Program-made: the position numbers and the translations under genes
IMG/VR virus record: IMGVR_UViG_3300037483_000453
Coordinates: 32,001-96,000 of that record
Source of the DNA: a virus
Direction: 5' to 3' (one strand)
Length of the DNA stretch: 64,000 nucleotides
Part shown: piece after piece, positions 35,501 through 43,478 of the stretch
Layout of the letters: every line of letters begins with the position of its first letter
Numbering within the stretch: the stretch's first letter is position 1
Notes under the pieces: model-generated
What the model was told of the DNA's origin: nothing
What the model saw: the letters and a program-made list of their open reading frames with translations, nothing else
The model's database searches: none

Positions 35501-38500
35501 GTCCGTACTTGGTCACGGTCCAAGAAGCTTCGCGACGGCATGTATGCAGTTGCTTGTCTTCTCGGGGTGCCGTGCTCTGTACGTGAACGAGGGGACCAGC
35601 ACGGTAAGAGGAACTACATAATCTCATTTGGTAAAGAAGCCATAAAGCTCCTGGATTACCGGTGCCCCGGCAAGAAGGGCGAGCTAATCGCACGTGCACG
35701 ACAAGACTACATAGAGTCACGTAAAGATAATCGAGTATCGCAGAGTGCCCGTGGATATGAGGTGAGCGCTATAGAGCTCGCCGACGATGACGAGCGCATG
35801 CTTGACCTAGAAGTAGATCATGAAGAGCACGTGTTTTGTCTTGCCTCTGGAGTGCTGCTGCATAACACAATGAGCGCCTATGTGCCCATCTCAGATGAAG
35901 CTGTAGCTGAAGCACGAAATATGATGCCCAGTTCCAACTTGTATAGTGAAGCGTCAGGACGTGTTGTATACACTCCCACGCTCGAGAGTGCCCTCGGTAT
36001 CTACAAGTTGGGGCGCATTGATAAGACCACAAGTAAGAGCTTCAAGACTTCGATAGATGCACTGCAGGCTGTGAATGCAGGGAAGCTGGGGATCAATGAT
36101 GTGGCTGCAATTGGCGGGCTAAAGACAACTGCAGGTCGGGTGCTTCTAGCTAGTGCACTTCCAGAGCCCATGCAGAGCAAAATGCTGATGGCACACAAGC
36201 CTTTGGACAAGCGCGGCATGGGTAATCTATTTCGTGACCTGGCTGATAAGTTCAAGGGTGACTATGGGGAGACTGCAAACAAGCTAAAGGACATTGGTAA
36301 TGGGGCAGCCTCTGGTGCGGTGCCTGTGCTTCATGGGCGAAAGGGGCCAGCTGCCATTCGGCTAGCTGAGAACCCCAAAGATCTGAAGTATGTGTCGATC
36401 CCAGTGCACTCACTTAGCCTGGATGACTTCGAGCCTGACCGTCTGTCTCGCGACGCAGCGCTGCGCGTGGCCGAGCGCGAGGTAGCTGTCATCGAGAGGT
36501 CTTCACTACCCAAGCGAGAGAAAGACCGCCGGTCTATCGAGGCATGGGTAGGGGCATCCAAGAAAATGGACACCGCACACATGAAGAAGATGGATGCTAA
36601 CCCAACAAACTTGGCTATCATGCTGAAGGCAGGCGTGAAGCCGAGCTCCACACAATATAAGCAGATGGTCCTGTCGCCTGTGCTCATGTCTGATGCAGCT
36701 GGTAACCCCATCAACCAGCCCATCAAGAAGTCGTACTCCGAAGGTCTAGACTTGGCGAGTTACTGGACTCAGCAGCAGGGTGCCCGGCGTGGCACAGTCA
36801 TGAAGGTGCAGGAGGTGCGGGAGCCGGGCACCTTTACCAAGCGTATGATTCAAACAACCATGGGGTTGGTGGTGTCTGGTAATGACTGCGGTACCACCCG
36901 TGGTGTGGCCATGAGTATCGGTAACAAGAATGTCCATGACCGGCGCTTGGCGGCAGATGTGAGTGCCAAGGATGCGAAGTTTAGTGCGGGCACGCTGTTG
37001 ACACCTCAGATTGTCGATCAAATCAAAGCTGCGGATAAGGGGGCCACGGTGGTGGTTCGCAGCCCTTTGAAGTGTGAGCATGCGAAGGGTCTTTGCAAGA
37101 AGTGCGCGGGTCTTCGTCCCAACGGCGATGAGTATGACGAGGGAACAAATGTTGGTGTCATAGCTTCCCAAGCCCTGGGTGAGCGCTCTGTACAGTTGAC
37201 CATGAAAGCCTTCCACTGCCTGCATGGCCAGTCCATGATTTTGGTGCGACGTGGCGACATCATTGAGCACACAACCTTGGAAAGGCTGTTCAGCGTCTCT
37301 AAACCGCTAGGGACAGAGTTCGATGCCGACATCGGAGTGATGGAGGACGTCTCCAGTGTCAGCAGTGTGGAGGTTTGGGACCAAACAGGCTGGGTGACAA
37401 TCGAGAAAGTCATGCGACATATGCAGCAGCCTGGTACGGCGATGGCCGCTGTTCGGACGCGGTCTGGTTACATTTCTGTTAGCCAGGACAATCATCCGCA
37501 CATGCTTAGGGAAAATGAAGCGCTGTGTGCGCTCTGTGGAACAGTCCCGAAGTACTCCAATGGTGGGCGGCAGTACTACTGTCGAAAGTGCAGCAAAGTG
37601 TGGGTTGGGTTGCCAGCCGATACAGCTGAAAATCATATGATTGCACCCTCTGATATTGGGAAATCAACACACAGGGCAACTGTAGATTGTGGGCCAGAGC
37701 CGACTGCTACAGTCCCCGTAGTCGAGGACGGGTGGTTAGCGGGTATCTACTGTGCAGAGGGCTCTGTTCAGGTCCGCAACAAGGGTGGTAAGCCGTACCC
37801 ATGTGCTATTCAAATCTCGCAGCTGCCCGGTGAGATCTACACGAAGATTGGCGAAGCGTTGTACGCGGCTACAGGCAAACGTGGGGCACAACCTCGCTAC
37901 CACCAGGTGTACGGGGTAGACCTGGCAGAGAAGTGGCCGAGGTGGTTTGGCCGCTATTCGAACAGCAAAGGTCTGCCAGACGGCTGGAGCGGATATGGCC
38001 GCAAGTGGCTCGCTGATTTCGTGTCCGGTGTGATCGATGGTGACGGAACGCTAAAGGGCAATGATGATAGTGCGTGGATTACGTGTCGCATTGATACGAC
38101 TAGTTTCTTGGTGGCACAACAACTTCATTGGATCTTGCGGAGTCTGGGTGTGTTCTCTCGCGTAGTCCTCACCAAGTGGAGAGAGCGCTCGCTGAACCAG
38201 GGCTTGGCTGTATATTTTACAGTGACGGAGGAGGCTGTCGAGACACTCTCAGCTTCTATCAAGCTCAAGGGGGTACCAGGGAAGCCCCAGGCTAACTCGG
38301 AAAGGTTTGAGGATGTCGTCGACTATTTCAAGGCCTTCACGTTTCTCTCTCCGCCTGTCGTGTACGATATCAAGACTGCGAGTGGTACGTTCTTTGTGAA
38401 CGGTATCTTGACCCATAATTCGGGGGGCGTAGTTCAATCTGCCGGTACCTCTCGCGCAGTTAACGACTTTGAGCGAATAAAGCAGCTGACAGACTTGACC

Positions 38501-39259
38501 GAGAACATTCCCAACTCTGCAACTATAGCCATGCATTCAGGGACCATTGGCAAGGTAGAGAAAGACCGCACAGGCATGAATGTTTGGGTCGGTGGTCTAC
38601 GGCATCATGTTGGTAAGGACCCCACAGGCGCTGGGCTGCATGAAAATCTCCCACATGCTACCAAGTTTGAGGAGTATAAATCATGGCGTCCGCCTAAGGT
38701 CGGCATGCGAGTGCGAGCAGGGGAGACACTGTCCGATCCAAATCGCACGAACATAAATCCTAGGGATCTCTACAGGGCCACCAACGATATGGAAACAGTC
38801 CAGAACTTTCTCGTTGATGAGCTCGGGGGCATCTATGGAGATGACGTTCGAAGGCAGCATGTAGAAACTGTGGTTCGCGCGATGGGAAACTTGACTAAGG
38901 TTCGCGACCCAGGTGATGCAAAGGATGTTCTGCGTGGTGAGTTCCAGTCTGCTTCAGCAATCCGAGCCCAGAATAGGGAGCTTTCAAAGCAAGGGCTGAA
39001 GCCTATTGAACACTCGCCGGTGCTCAAGGGCGTAGATAGTATGCCCTTGTCTGTCCAGGAGGACTGGATGGCCAAGATGCAGCATATCAAGTTGAAGAGC
39101 ACGTTTATGGATGCTGCTGCTGTCGGTGCCCACTCCGACATACATGGGGTAAACCCAATCCCTGGGGTGGCCTATGGTGCAGAGTTTGGCCTGACGTCCA
39201 AGGACAGCCTCAAACCTGGCCTGGGCCACTTGAAGGATGTCCCCATCTATGCCTACTAG
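29510..39259 (+). CDS. Single-chain beta-beta' fusion two-barrel RNA polymerase with three inteins (about 2149 aa after splicing)
   Basis: Beta motifs GPGG, RTPE, GYNFEDG, GDKLSGRHGNKG, NPSGVPGRMNVGQ, GGQRVG; then beta' motifs GGLFD, PVLPPAMRP, LKRDPALHR, YNADFDGD, GARRG, QLTMKAFH, all in one frame. Confidence 0.95.
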   Translation: MAHVDHTAAYEDLRDNVLAGIRGSFPIEGAQQTVELHGLEVKEGDLHADDIKGQHQAKIQGKTWASTVFGDLSVRDNKTGEVISRKKIRMAEVPRVTRRRSHIINGSEYQADNQWQLKPGIYTKRRVNGELEAVFNVTNRRNFDIVFNPENKQFMMQRGGSKAIPVYPLLKTLGVDDDALKHSWGADIFAANKDAKGVATGVEKFFRVDKKRAPKDKREAEEYLIETMQGSTLRPDATKATLGKGYTSVTGDAMRLASAKLLAIQAGAPEDDRDSLLYKDLRTVGDYAYDKITSRESQRSIRGKVVRKMFSAKDVRDLVKFDMFNDPVLQTFTKNSAVHIASQVNPVEMIAGAQQTTVMGPGGVQSQNAVDKMVGLKFVNPSHMGYLDPVRTPECYDDITEVYTEHGWKLWRDVTTADALACRIDGRLAFHTPDKLHASHFTGTMYGARTGKINYLVTPNHRMYVRPYTAPGCSEFRMSRADSIHGKDRTFSAAHLPLSGCSLGYFELPHVAGNNSSQNVDKISMLDWAEFMGWYISEGCTTYTEETASYLVRIAQSGAVNPEECARIEALLNRLPWKWCRDGKNTSYAIGVKQLAHYTKQFGYSEDKYIPEYFFSEAVEVREALLECLLLGDGRVNSIRATGKSYKQQVYCTSSSRLAADVERLAISLGYSVRTATYPDNREERYLAIHEVRLLRHVERTALRRKGHYFTQEYSGMVYCATVPGGLLLTRRQGSVPVWLGNSEKSGVVLRLPMGLRKQGKEPAIPLYNLKTNKVELVGPTKFGQSAVVLPDQVEWKAGKPKAKSTKVRISTKGNEPGEGAMKDADYVMRHPSQMFSITTNLIPFLGNNSGNRATYAGQHIEQAISLKNRDAPLVQVGTGSRQKGIETFEGILGRQSGHQTAVSGKVVSVKDDAVIVKGRDGDHEVQLYNNFPLNDPKAMLHSTPVVKVGQLVKAGDTVADTNFSKGGTLALGANLRVAYIPYKGYNFEDGVVISESAANKLTSEHMHKPEVTLDKGVVTNPRKYLVQHPDTYGRSQLGKLDDDGVVRVGQKVKTGDPLALAMRPFQAKDRMSLQAIGRSLSGRHTDISMRWQSDHDGEVVAVHKDKGKTTVHVRTLEPMQLGDKLSGRHGNKGIVTKIIPDNKMPQTSDGRHIEVALNPSGVPGRMNVGQVLETAAGKLAEQAGRPYIVHNFSGEDQLAKIKRKLKRAGLLDQEELRDPITGLTLGKALVGPQHMLKLMHQIDKKNTARSGMALSGSEEDPEAYDSNLLPSQGGKTGGQRVGSLDLYTLLAHGAKANIREMQTWKSEGPDPQADPAKRWPSQHSDVWGAIQMGESLPPPRPTFSFHKFTDMLRATGVNVEKKGHQIRLLPMTDNQVLAMSSGELSKPGEVVYPSLDANGEYKPKPGGLFDTKVTGGHSGKKWSHVSLAEPIPNPVFEKAIQRITGLSEKEYFGVVHGKKALDKNGRVVDLDTKNTMTGGPAVVGLLDQINVPKALAAAEKELSATSIPSDYAHRASTPKIDKLVKKVKYLRALEQAGIAPSDAYVLKNLPVLPPAMRPIAVLKDGSMRGGDLNELYKNFGTINTAMKDPSQQKLGDDQKQDLRESLYDGVRALTGVGTHTDQTHKGIIHQIAGDPAKEGYFQNVLMSRRQDMSMRSTIVPEPALDLDEVGLPRSKALALYKPFVVRKLVEMGAAPHVPEARAMIQRRDPAVSKALELAVAERPVLLKRDPALHRHSLQAFNPRLVGGKAIQIHPLVTSGYNADFDGDSCDLDTPLLLRIRGEITAMTGRELEALLHPGEGNYIQEVQGIETAVRGTWAPVKTVSFHEVRDKKRYRVTTKNGAAFVVSEDHSLMVSGREIKPGQLELGVRLDTTEVRAEVGGSYDLGVILGHYMGDGSADERRVSIACKSREEKEYLIRLWEQEMGHHVSRCENNDYFQIYNREVAARVLEVAGRYCEGKFVGPSLLSGGRDTLSGLLSGYILADGSVEVTHSGSYLVRTWSRSKKLRDGMYAVACLLGVPCSVRERGDQHGKRNYIISFGKEAIKLLDYRCPGKKGELIARARQDYIESRKDNRVSQSARGYEVSAIELADDDERMLDLEVDHEEHVFCLASGVLLHNTMSAYVPISDEAVAEARNMMPSSNLYSEASGRVVYTPTLESALGIYKLGRIDKTTSKSFKTSIDALQAVNAGKLGINDVAAIGGLKTTAGRVLLASALPEPMQSKMLMAHKPLDKRGMGNLFRDLADKFKGDYGETANKLKDIGNGAASGAVPVLHGRKGPAAIRLAENPKDLKYVSIPVHSLSLDDFEPDRLSRDAALRVAEREVAVIERSSLPKREKDRRSIEAWVGASKKMDTAHMKKMDANPTNLAIMLKAGVKPSSTQYKQMVLSPVLMSDAAGNPINQPIKKSYSEGLDLASYWTQQQGARRGTVMKVQEVREPGTFTKRMIQTTMGLVVSGNDCGTTRGVAMSIGNKNVHDRRLAADVSAKDAKFSAGTLLTPQIVDQIKAADKGATVVVRSPLKCEHAKGLCKKCAGLRPNGDEYDEGTNVGVIASQALGERSVQLTMKAFHCLHGQSMILVRRGDIIEHTTLERLFSVSKPLGTEFDADIGVMEDVSSVSSVEVWDQTGWVTIEKVMRHMQQPGTAMAAVRTRSGYISVSQDNHPHMLRENEALCALCGTVPKYSNGGRQYYCRKCSKVWVGLPADTAENHMIAPSDIGKSTHRATVDCGPEPTATVPVVEDGWLAGIYCAEGSVQVRNKGGKPYPCAIQISQLPGEIYTKIGEALYAATGKRGAQPRYHQVYGVDLAEKWPRWFGRYSNSKGLPDGWSGYGRKWLADFVSGVIDGDGTLKGNDDSAWITCRIDTTSFLVAQQLHWILRSLGVFSRVVLTKWRERSLNQGLAVYFTVTEEAVETLSASIKLKGVPGKPQANSERFEDVVDYFKAFTFLSPPVVYDIKTASGTFFVNGILTHNSGGVVQSAGTSRAVNDFERIKQLTDLTENIPNSATIAMHSGTIGKVEKDRTGMNVWVGGLRHHVGKDPTGAGLHENLPHATKFEEYKSWRPPKVGMRVRAGETLSDPNRTNINPRDLYRATNDMETVQNFLVDELGGIYGDDVRRQHVETVVRAMGNLTKVRDPGDAKDVLRGEFQSASAIRAQNRELSKQGLKPIEHSPVLKGVDSMPLSVQEDWMAKMQHIKLKSTFMDAAAVGAHSDIHGVNPIPGVAYGAEFGLTSKDSLKPGLGHLKDVPIYAY
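30692..31735 (+). mobile_element. RNAP intein 1 (348 aa, LAGLIDADG) in the beta region
   Basis: RTPE/CYDDITEV...VWLGN/SEKSG. Confidence 0.92.
34814..35866 (+). mobile_element. RNAP intein 2 (351 aa, Ser1, LAGLIDADG) directly after the catalytic NADFDGD
   Basis: NADFDGD/SCDLDTP...VLLHN/TMSAYVP restores the NADFDGDxM pattern. Confidence 0.9.
37217..38419 (+). mobile_element. RNAP intein 3 (401 aa, LAGLIDADG, internal zinc ribbon) in the trigger loop
   Basis: LTMKAFH/CLHGQS...ILTHN/SGG. Confidence 0.92.
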
Positions 39260-39265
39260 GAAAGC

Positions 39266-40534
39266 ATGTCGTCCCTCCCCGGCGTAGGCAGCGAGACACC
39301 GGACCCGAGCCAGCGATCCATGTTTAGGTCTTCCTGGACAACACAGGAGGGCGTGGGTACGGCCATGATCGTGGAGTGCAAAGTCGTTGACCTAAACCCC
39401 GTTCTATGGACGGTGGATTGCATCTCTCAGTTCGATCAAAAATGGTACCTCAACATACAAGTTGGGTCCCCCTACATGCATTCCAAGAGGGGTGAGGGCA
39501 TCTACGTAATGCCCGAGATCGGGGCCAAATGTCACGTATGCATACCCAGCGATAACTGCCCACCGTTTGTACTCGATTTCATTATGCCACAGGAATCAGT
39601 ACTTGATGCCACATCGGATGATGCACCAGAAGGTACAGAGAAACCTACGGACTCAACTTTTGCCGGCGGTCGTTTACGAGCCAAGCCAGGCGATATCATC
39701 ATGCGGGGCCGAGATGGCAATTTCGTGATCTTGCACCGAGGAGGTGTTCTGCAAGTTGGGTCAAGTGATCTGTCTCAGAGGATTTACATACCGTTGCGTA
39801 ACCTGGTGTGTGACATCAGTCAAAACTACCAGCATTACAACTCGGGTGGTTCAATCAACTGGTTTCTTGCATCGGGTGAATCAGATACCAATCCATCTAC
39901 TATTCGCAAGGAAACCTATAGGCTGTTGGCGGGTGATGCGAGGGCCACTATTCGAGTGGCCTACGGCCCTCTGAAGGACATGGTTCCAGAGCCCCAGAAC
40001 GGAGCACAGTCTGACCTGAGTCAGCTGGGTATCGGTACTGAGGAGGACGGGCCCGTTGTGGTTGAGGTGGTCATCGCTCCCGATGGTTTTAGCGCTGATA
40101 ACGGCTCACCTGATGGCAGCACACCAGATCAAACAGTTCTCAGGTATTTCTTCGACAAGAAAGGCAGCGTGTTCATGAGGAGTGAGGGCAGCGTCCTTCT
40201 CCACGTAAGGAGGAAGCTCCGGCTGGTAGTGGGGGACAACATTGACATCACAGCAAAGAAGAGCTTCACGTTGACTGTGTCTGACACAGCGAGAATCGAT
40301 GGTGGGAAGTTGTTAGAGCTCACGGGTAAAGTGACAAAGATCAACGGTGGTACGAAACCTTGTGCTCATGTAGGTTCCATTGTTGAATGTCACATTACAG
40401 TCCCGTGGGTAGTGGTAGCACCTGGCCTCCCACCAGCGGTAATCGGCACGGTCTTGCCTATCAATCCACTAACCGGGCAGCCACAGACGGTAAAGGGTAC
40501 TATTGTTAGTGGTAACCCAACGATCCAAGTATGA
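39266..40534 (+). CDS. Baseplate spike/gpV-like protein
   Basis: OB-fold-like N-terminus (MPEIGAKCHV), beta-repeat region, C-terminal PCAHVG...GTIVSGNPTIQV tip. Confidence 0.6.
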   Translation: MSSLPGVGSETPDPSQRSMFRSSWTTQEGVGTAMIVECKVVDLNPVLWTVDCISQFDQKWYLNIQVGSPYMHSKRGEGIYVMPEIGAKCHVCIPSDNCPPFVLDFIMPQESVLDATSDDAPEGTEKPTDSTFAGGRLRAKPGDIIMRGRDGNFVILHRGGVLQVGSSDLSQRIYIPLRNLVCDISQNYQHYNSGGSINWFLASGESDTNPSTIRKETYRLLAGDARATIRVAYGPLKDMVPEPQNGAQSDLSQLGIGTEEDGPVVVEVVIAPDGFSADNGSPDGSTPDQTVLRYFFDKKGSVFMRSEGSVLLHVRRKLRLVVGDNIDITAKKSFTLTVSDTARIDGGKLLELTGKVTKINGGTKPCAHVGSIVECHITVPWVVVAPGLPPAVIGTVLPINPLTGQPQTVKGTIVSGNPTIQV

Positions 40535-41175
40535 CGGCTACTCTCGATGAAGTCTTGGTGGGTACCCTGGGCGAGGCCAACATCGGCCTGGCTGCCGGTG
40601 TTGCTTCATTGAACCCTCTGGCGGCCCAGTTGGACGCCATGATCGCCTTTGGCTTGGGCCCTCTGCAGTCCGACATATCCGCCTCGTTGGACGCAAGCCT
40701 ATCGTTACAAGCCACCCTGGCGCTGACCCTGTCGGACCCTACCGCGAATATCCGGGCAGCTCTTCAGGCACTCATTGAGCTTACGGGCACCCTCACGGCA
40801 GCCTTGTCTCTGCCACCCACAGTCTTGGATGTAAGTGCGGAGCTTGGAGCATCAGCGGCTATCTCAGCGGCGCTAACGGCCAAGCTCGGTGCTATCAGCC
40901 TACTTCTGGATGCAGCTGTTTCAGTTAAGATCCCTGCTGTGCGCCTGGCAGCAGACCTCGCTGCGGCTATCAGTGCCGGCAGCATCGTGCTGCTCTCTTT
41001 CGATGGGTTTTCTGACCCTACTGACCTACAAACCATCGGTGGTCTCATCGACTCCAAGTTCAGCACTGGCATTGGGGGAGGTCTCATCGGGCCGACCGAC
41101 AGTGTGGCTGGTATCATCATGGTAGCCGAGAGCCCTTCGGTTTTTGCGTCTATGGGTGCGATAATCCAGACGTAG
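40531..41175 (+). CDS. Ala/Leu-rich helical hypothetical protein
   Basis: 214-aa ORF coupled to the spike-like gene. Confidence 0.75.
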   Translation: MTATLDEVLVGTLGEANIGLAAGVASLNPLAAQLDAMIAFGLGPLQSDISASLDASLSLQATLALTLSDPTANIRAALQALIELTGTLTAALSLPPTVLDVSAELGASAAISAALTAKLGAISLLLDAAVSVKIPAVRLAADLAAAISAGSIVLLSFDGFSDPTDLQTIGGLIDSKFSTGIGGGLIGPTDSVAGIIMVAESPSVFASMGAIIQT

Positions 41176-41183
41176 GAGAAACC

Positions 41184-43442
41184 ATGGAACTATTTCTGCA
41201 GCCACAAGACACGTTCGTGAAACTCGCTGGGACGAGGATGCCCGAGGACCCGAATGCGTGGCCCCAGGAGATTCTTCAGCAGCTCTACAAAGAAGTGCCC
41301 TATATGAGCGACTTCTCACCCCACGTCACCATGGATAAGGTTGACGGTGAGAAGGGCTACGCCTTTGGTCACGTTACCGTGATGAATCAATCGGAGATAC
41401 AGCTGGGAACGAGCACAGATGCACAGAAGGCAGGTGGGCTACGGCAGGTTCGCATCCCTGTTATTGTCAAGGATGGTGAGATGTCACCCTTGGACTTGCT
41501 CATCACAGACGACTCTAAAGTCCAACCACTTACTGAGTCACGTCTTCGTGCAGCAATCTTTCGCCCTCAGGCCTTCGACGTAACTGCCAGAACCCCAGGT
41601 GACCAGTCTATGATTGGGCAGCTATACCCCCCCTATCGTCAGAGCCAAGGTTTTGGTGGGGGTGGCCTAGCCATGGGTAAAGAGGGCTCTGTACTCGAGA
41701 GTTACCTTGAGAAGGAGGCTGGCCTTCTCAGCAGTGCAGCTAACAAGGCTGGTGAGGGGGCTGGGCGAGCTATGGCAACGGGGGCTGGCCAGCTCATCTC
41801 AGGGTCAGCCAAGAAGAACAAGGGTAAGCTTGTGGCAGGGGTTGCCGCTACTGCTGCTGGTAAGGGCGTGTATGATACACACCGTGACAAGCGCGTGGCT
41901 AAAAACATCGTGGCTGAGCTGCGTAAGCAGGGCAGCATGGTGGAGGTGCTTGCACCCACAATGAATCGACTCGACCTCGCTGCCTTCAAGGACGCAGTGC
42001 GAGACCCAAACACAAGACTAGCCTACGAAAAGAACGCAGCCGCGAACGCTATTCCGGTGCAAGTCATCTTGGGGCAAGGGGGGCCGCAACACGACCGTCC
42101 AAAACTGGCATCAGTGATGCATTCGCTACTTAAGCCCGATGTGACCCAGGTGATTCGTACTGCTGATGGCTACTCGGTGAAGACTGCAAATCACAGTTAC
42201 TGGGCACCTCATCTGGATATCCTTGATCGAGGTAGCGCAATACAGAAGTTGGGGTCACGCGTGGTTATAGCTGCGGATACTGCGGGTGCGGTGACTATCG
42301 CAGACGGGGTAGATGAGGGTGAGCCAGGTGTACCTGAGACTGGTGCGTTGGGTGCAGGCCCAATCTCAGATTTCGGGCTCTACAGGGTCCTGTCTGAGTC
42401 TGGTCAGGAGCTTACAGGCTTCGTTATCCCGGACTTGGTGGATGTGGATGGTAGAACTTCCCCTATCTCACTGTTCACAGACGGCACCCATGCAGCTATC
42501 CAGGGAGATATCATTGGCTCACCTGTGGAAGGTGGTTCTGAGGGGCTACCGGCGGGTGGCACCCCTAGTGGCTATGGGGCGTTCTTCTCAGCAGACAGCG
42601 GAGGCACGACAGCCACTATACCAATGAGGATAGCTGGTTCTTTTGAGCCAGCTCCTGGTGAGCCAGCCGTGCACCAAGCTGAGACCTATGACGGACGGCC
42701 CGTCGAAGTGTCGGTACAGCCCAACATTCAGGCGGTCGTAGCTATGGAGGAAGGGCGGATGCTTGTGCCCGCGCACTGGCAGTGGTTACCGCTAGGTCAG
42801 GCTGAAGCCGTAGCCTTGAAGAGTTCGGAGGAGGACACGCCAGCTGAGAAGGAGGCTGAGGCGCAGGGAATGTACACGTCGGTAGACGTAGTCTCAGGTG
42901 GGGAGCAGTTCTCTATTCGTGGTTACCCCGTGGAGAAGCTTGCTGCATCGGAACGCGAGTTTTTGAGCGTTGATGATGCCATGTTTCTGCTTGCTGGCTT
43001 GGGTGTAGAGCAGGGGTATGGTGTGCGCAAGCTGGCAGAATCTATGCTTGGGCGTGAGCCAGTACAGGTACGTATCGGCAGGTATATCAAGTTGGCAGAA
43101 GACCAGGAAAAAGAGGCGTCAGTTTCTGCCCGTGAGATGCTCGAGCGTATGCCCAGCCTCCGACAGAACTTGTTCAAAGAGGCTGCCTTCATCACAGATC
43201 CCGACGCTGTTGATACTGTGCTGTCGTTGAACTTCATCAATCCTGAGAACCTTCATACTTTTATAGCGTATCTGCCGGTGATTGATGAGACACAGGAGCG
43301 TCTCTGCAACTTGCTGTTCGCGGCACGTATGGGGCTGAGTGACATCCCTGAGTCCGCTTTGTCGACCTCGGTGAGGTCAACAGAGGAAGTCCTGGAGGGC
43401 CTTAAGACCATGGCGTTCCAGGGCCCGGCTTATCACAGCTAG
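41184..43442 (+). CDS. Large hypothetical head-region protein, K-x-A rich
   Basis: 752-aa ORF with AGGAG RBS and about 11 K-x-A motifs. Confidence 0.85.
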   Translation: MELFLQPQDTFVKLAGTRMPEDPNAWPQEILQQLYKEVPYMSDFSPHVTMDKVDGEKGYAFGHVTVMNQSEIQLGTSTDAQKAGGLRQVRIPVIVKDGEMSPLDLLITDDSKVQPLTESRLRAAIFRPQAFDVTARTPGDQSMIGQLYPPYRQSQGFGGGGLAMGKEGSVLESYLEKEAGLLSSAANKAGEGAGRAMATGAGQLISGSAKKNKGKLVAGVAATAAGKGVYDTHRDKRVAKNIVAELRKQGSMVEVLAPTMNRLDLAAFKDAVRDPNTRLAYEKNAAANAIPVQVILGQGGPQHDRPKLASVMHSLLKPDVTQVIRTADGYSVKTANHSYWAPHLDILDRGSAIQKLGSRVVIAADTAGAVTIADGVDEGEPGVPETGALGAGPISDFGLYRVLSESGQELTGFVIPDLVDVDGRTSPISLFTDGTHAAIQGDIIGSPVEGGSEGLPAGGTPSGYGAFFSADSGGTTATIPMRIAGSFEPAPGEPAVHQAETYDGRPVEVSVQPNIQAVVAMEEGRMLVPAHWQWLPLGQAEAVALKSSEEDTPAEKEAEAQGMYTSVDVVSGGEQFSIRGYPVEKLAASEREFLSVDDAMFLLAGLGVEQGYGVRKLAESMLGREPVQVRIGRYIKLAEDQEKEASVSAREMLERMPSLRQNLFKEAAFITDPDAVDTVLSLNFINPENLHTFIAYLPVIDETQERLCNLLFAARMGLSDIPESALSTSVRSTEEVLEGLKTMAFQGPAYHS

Positions 43443-43478
43443 TTGATTTTCTTCGAGAAGTAGGCCAAGTTCGGGTGA

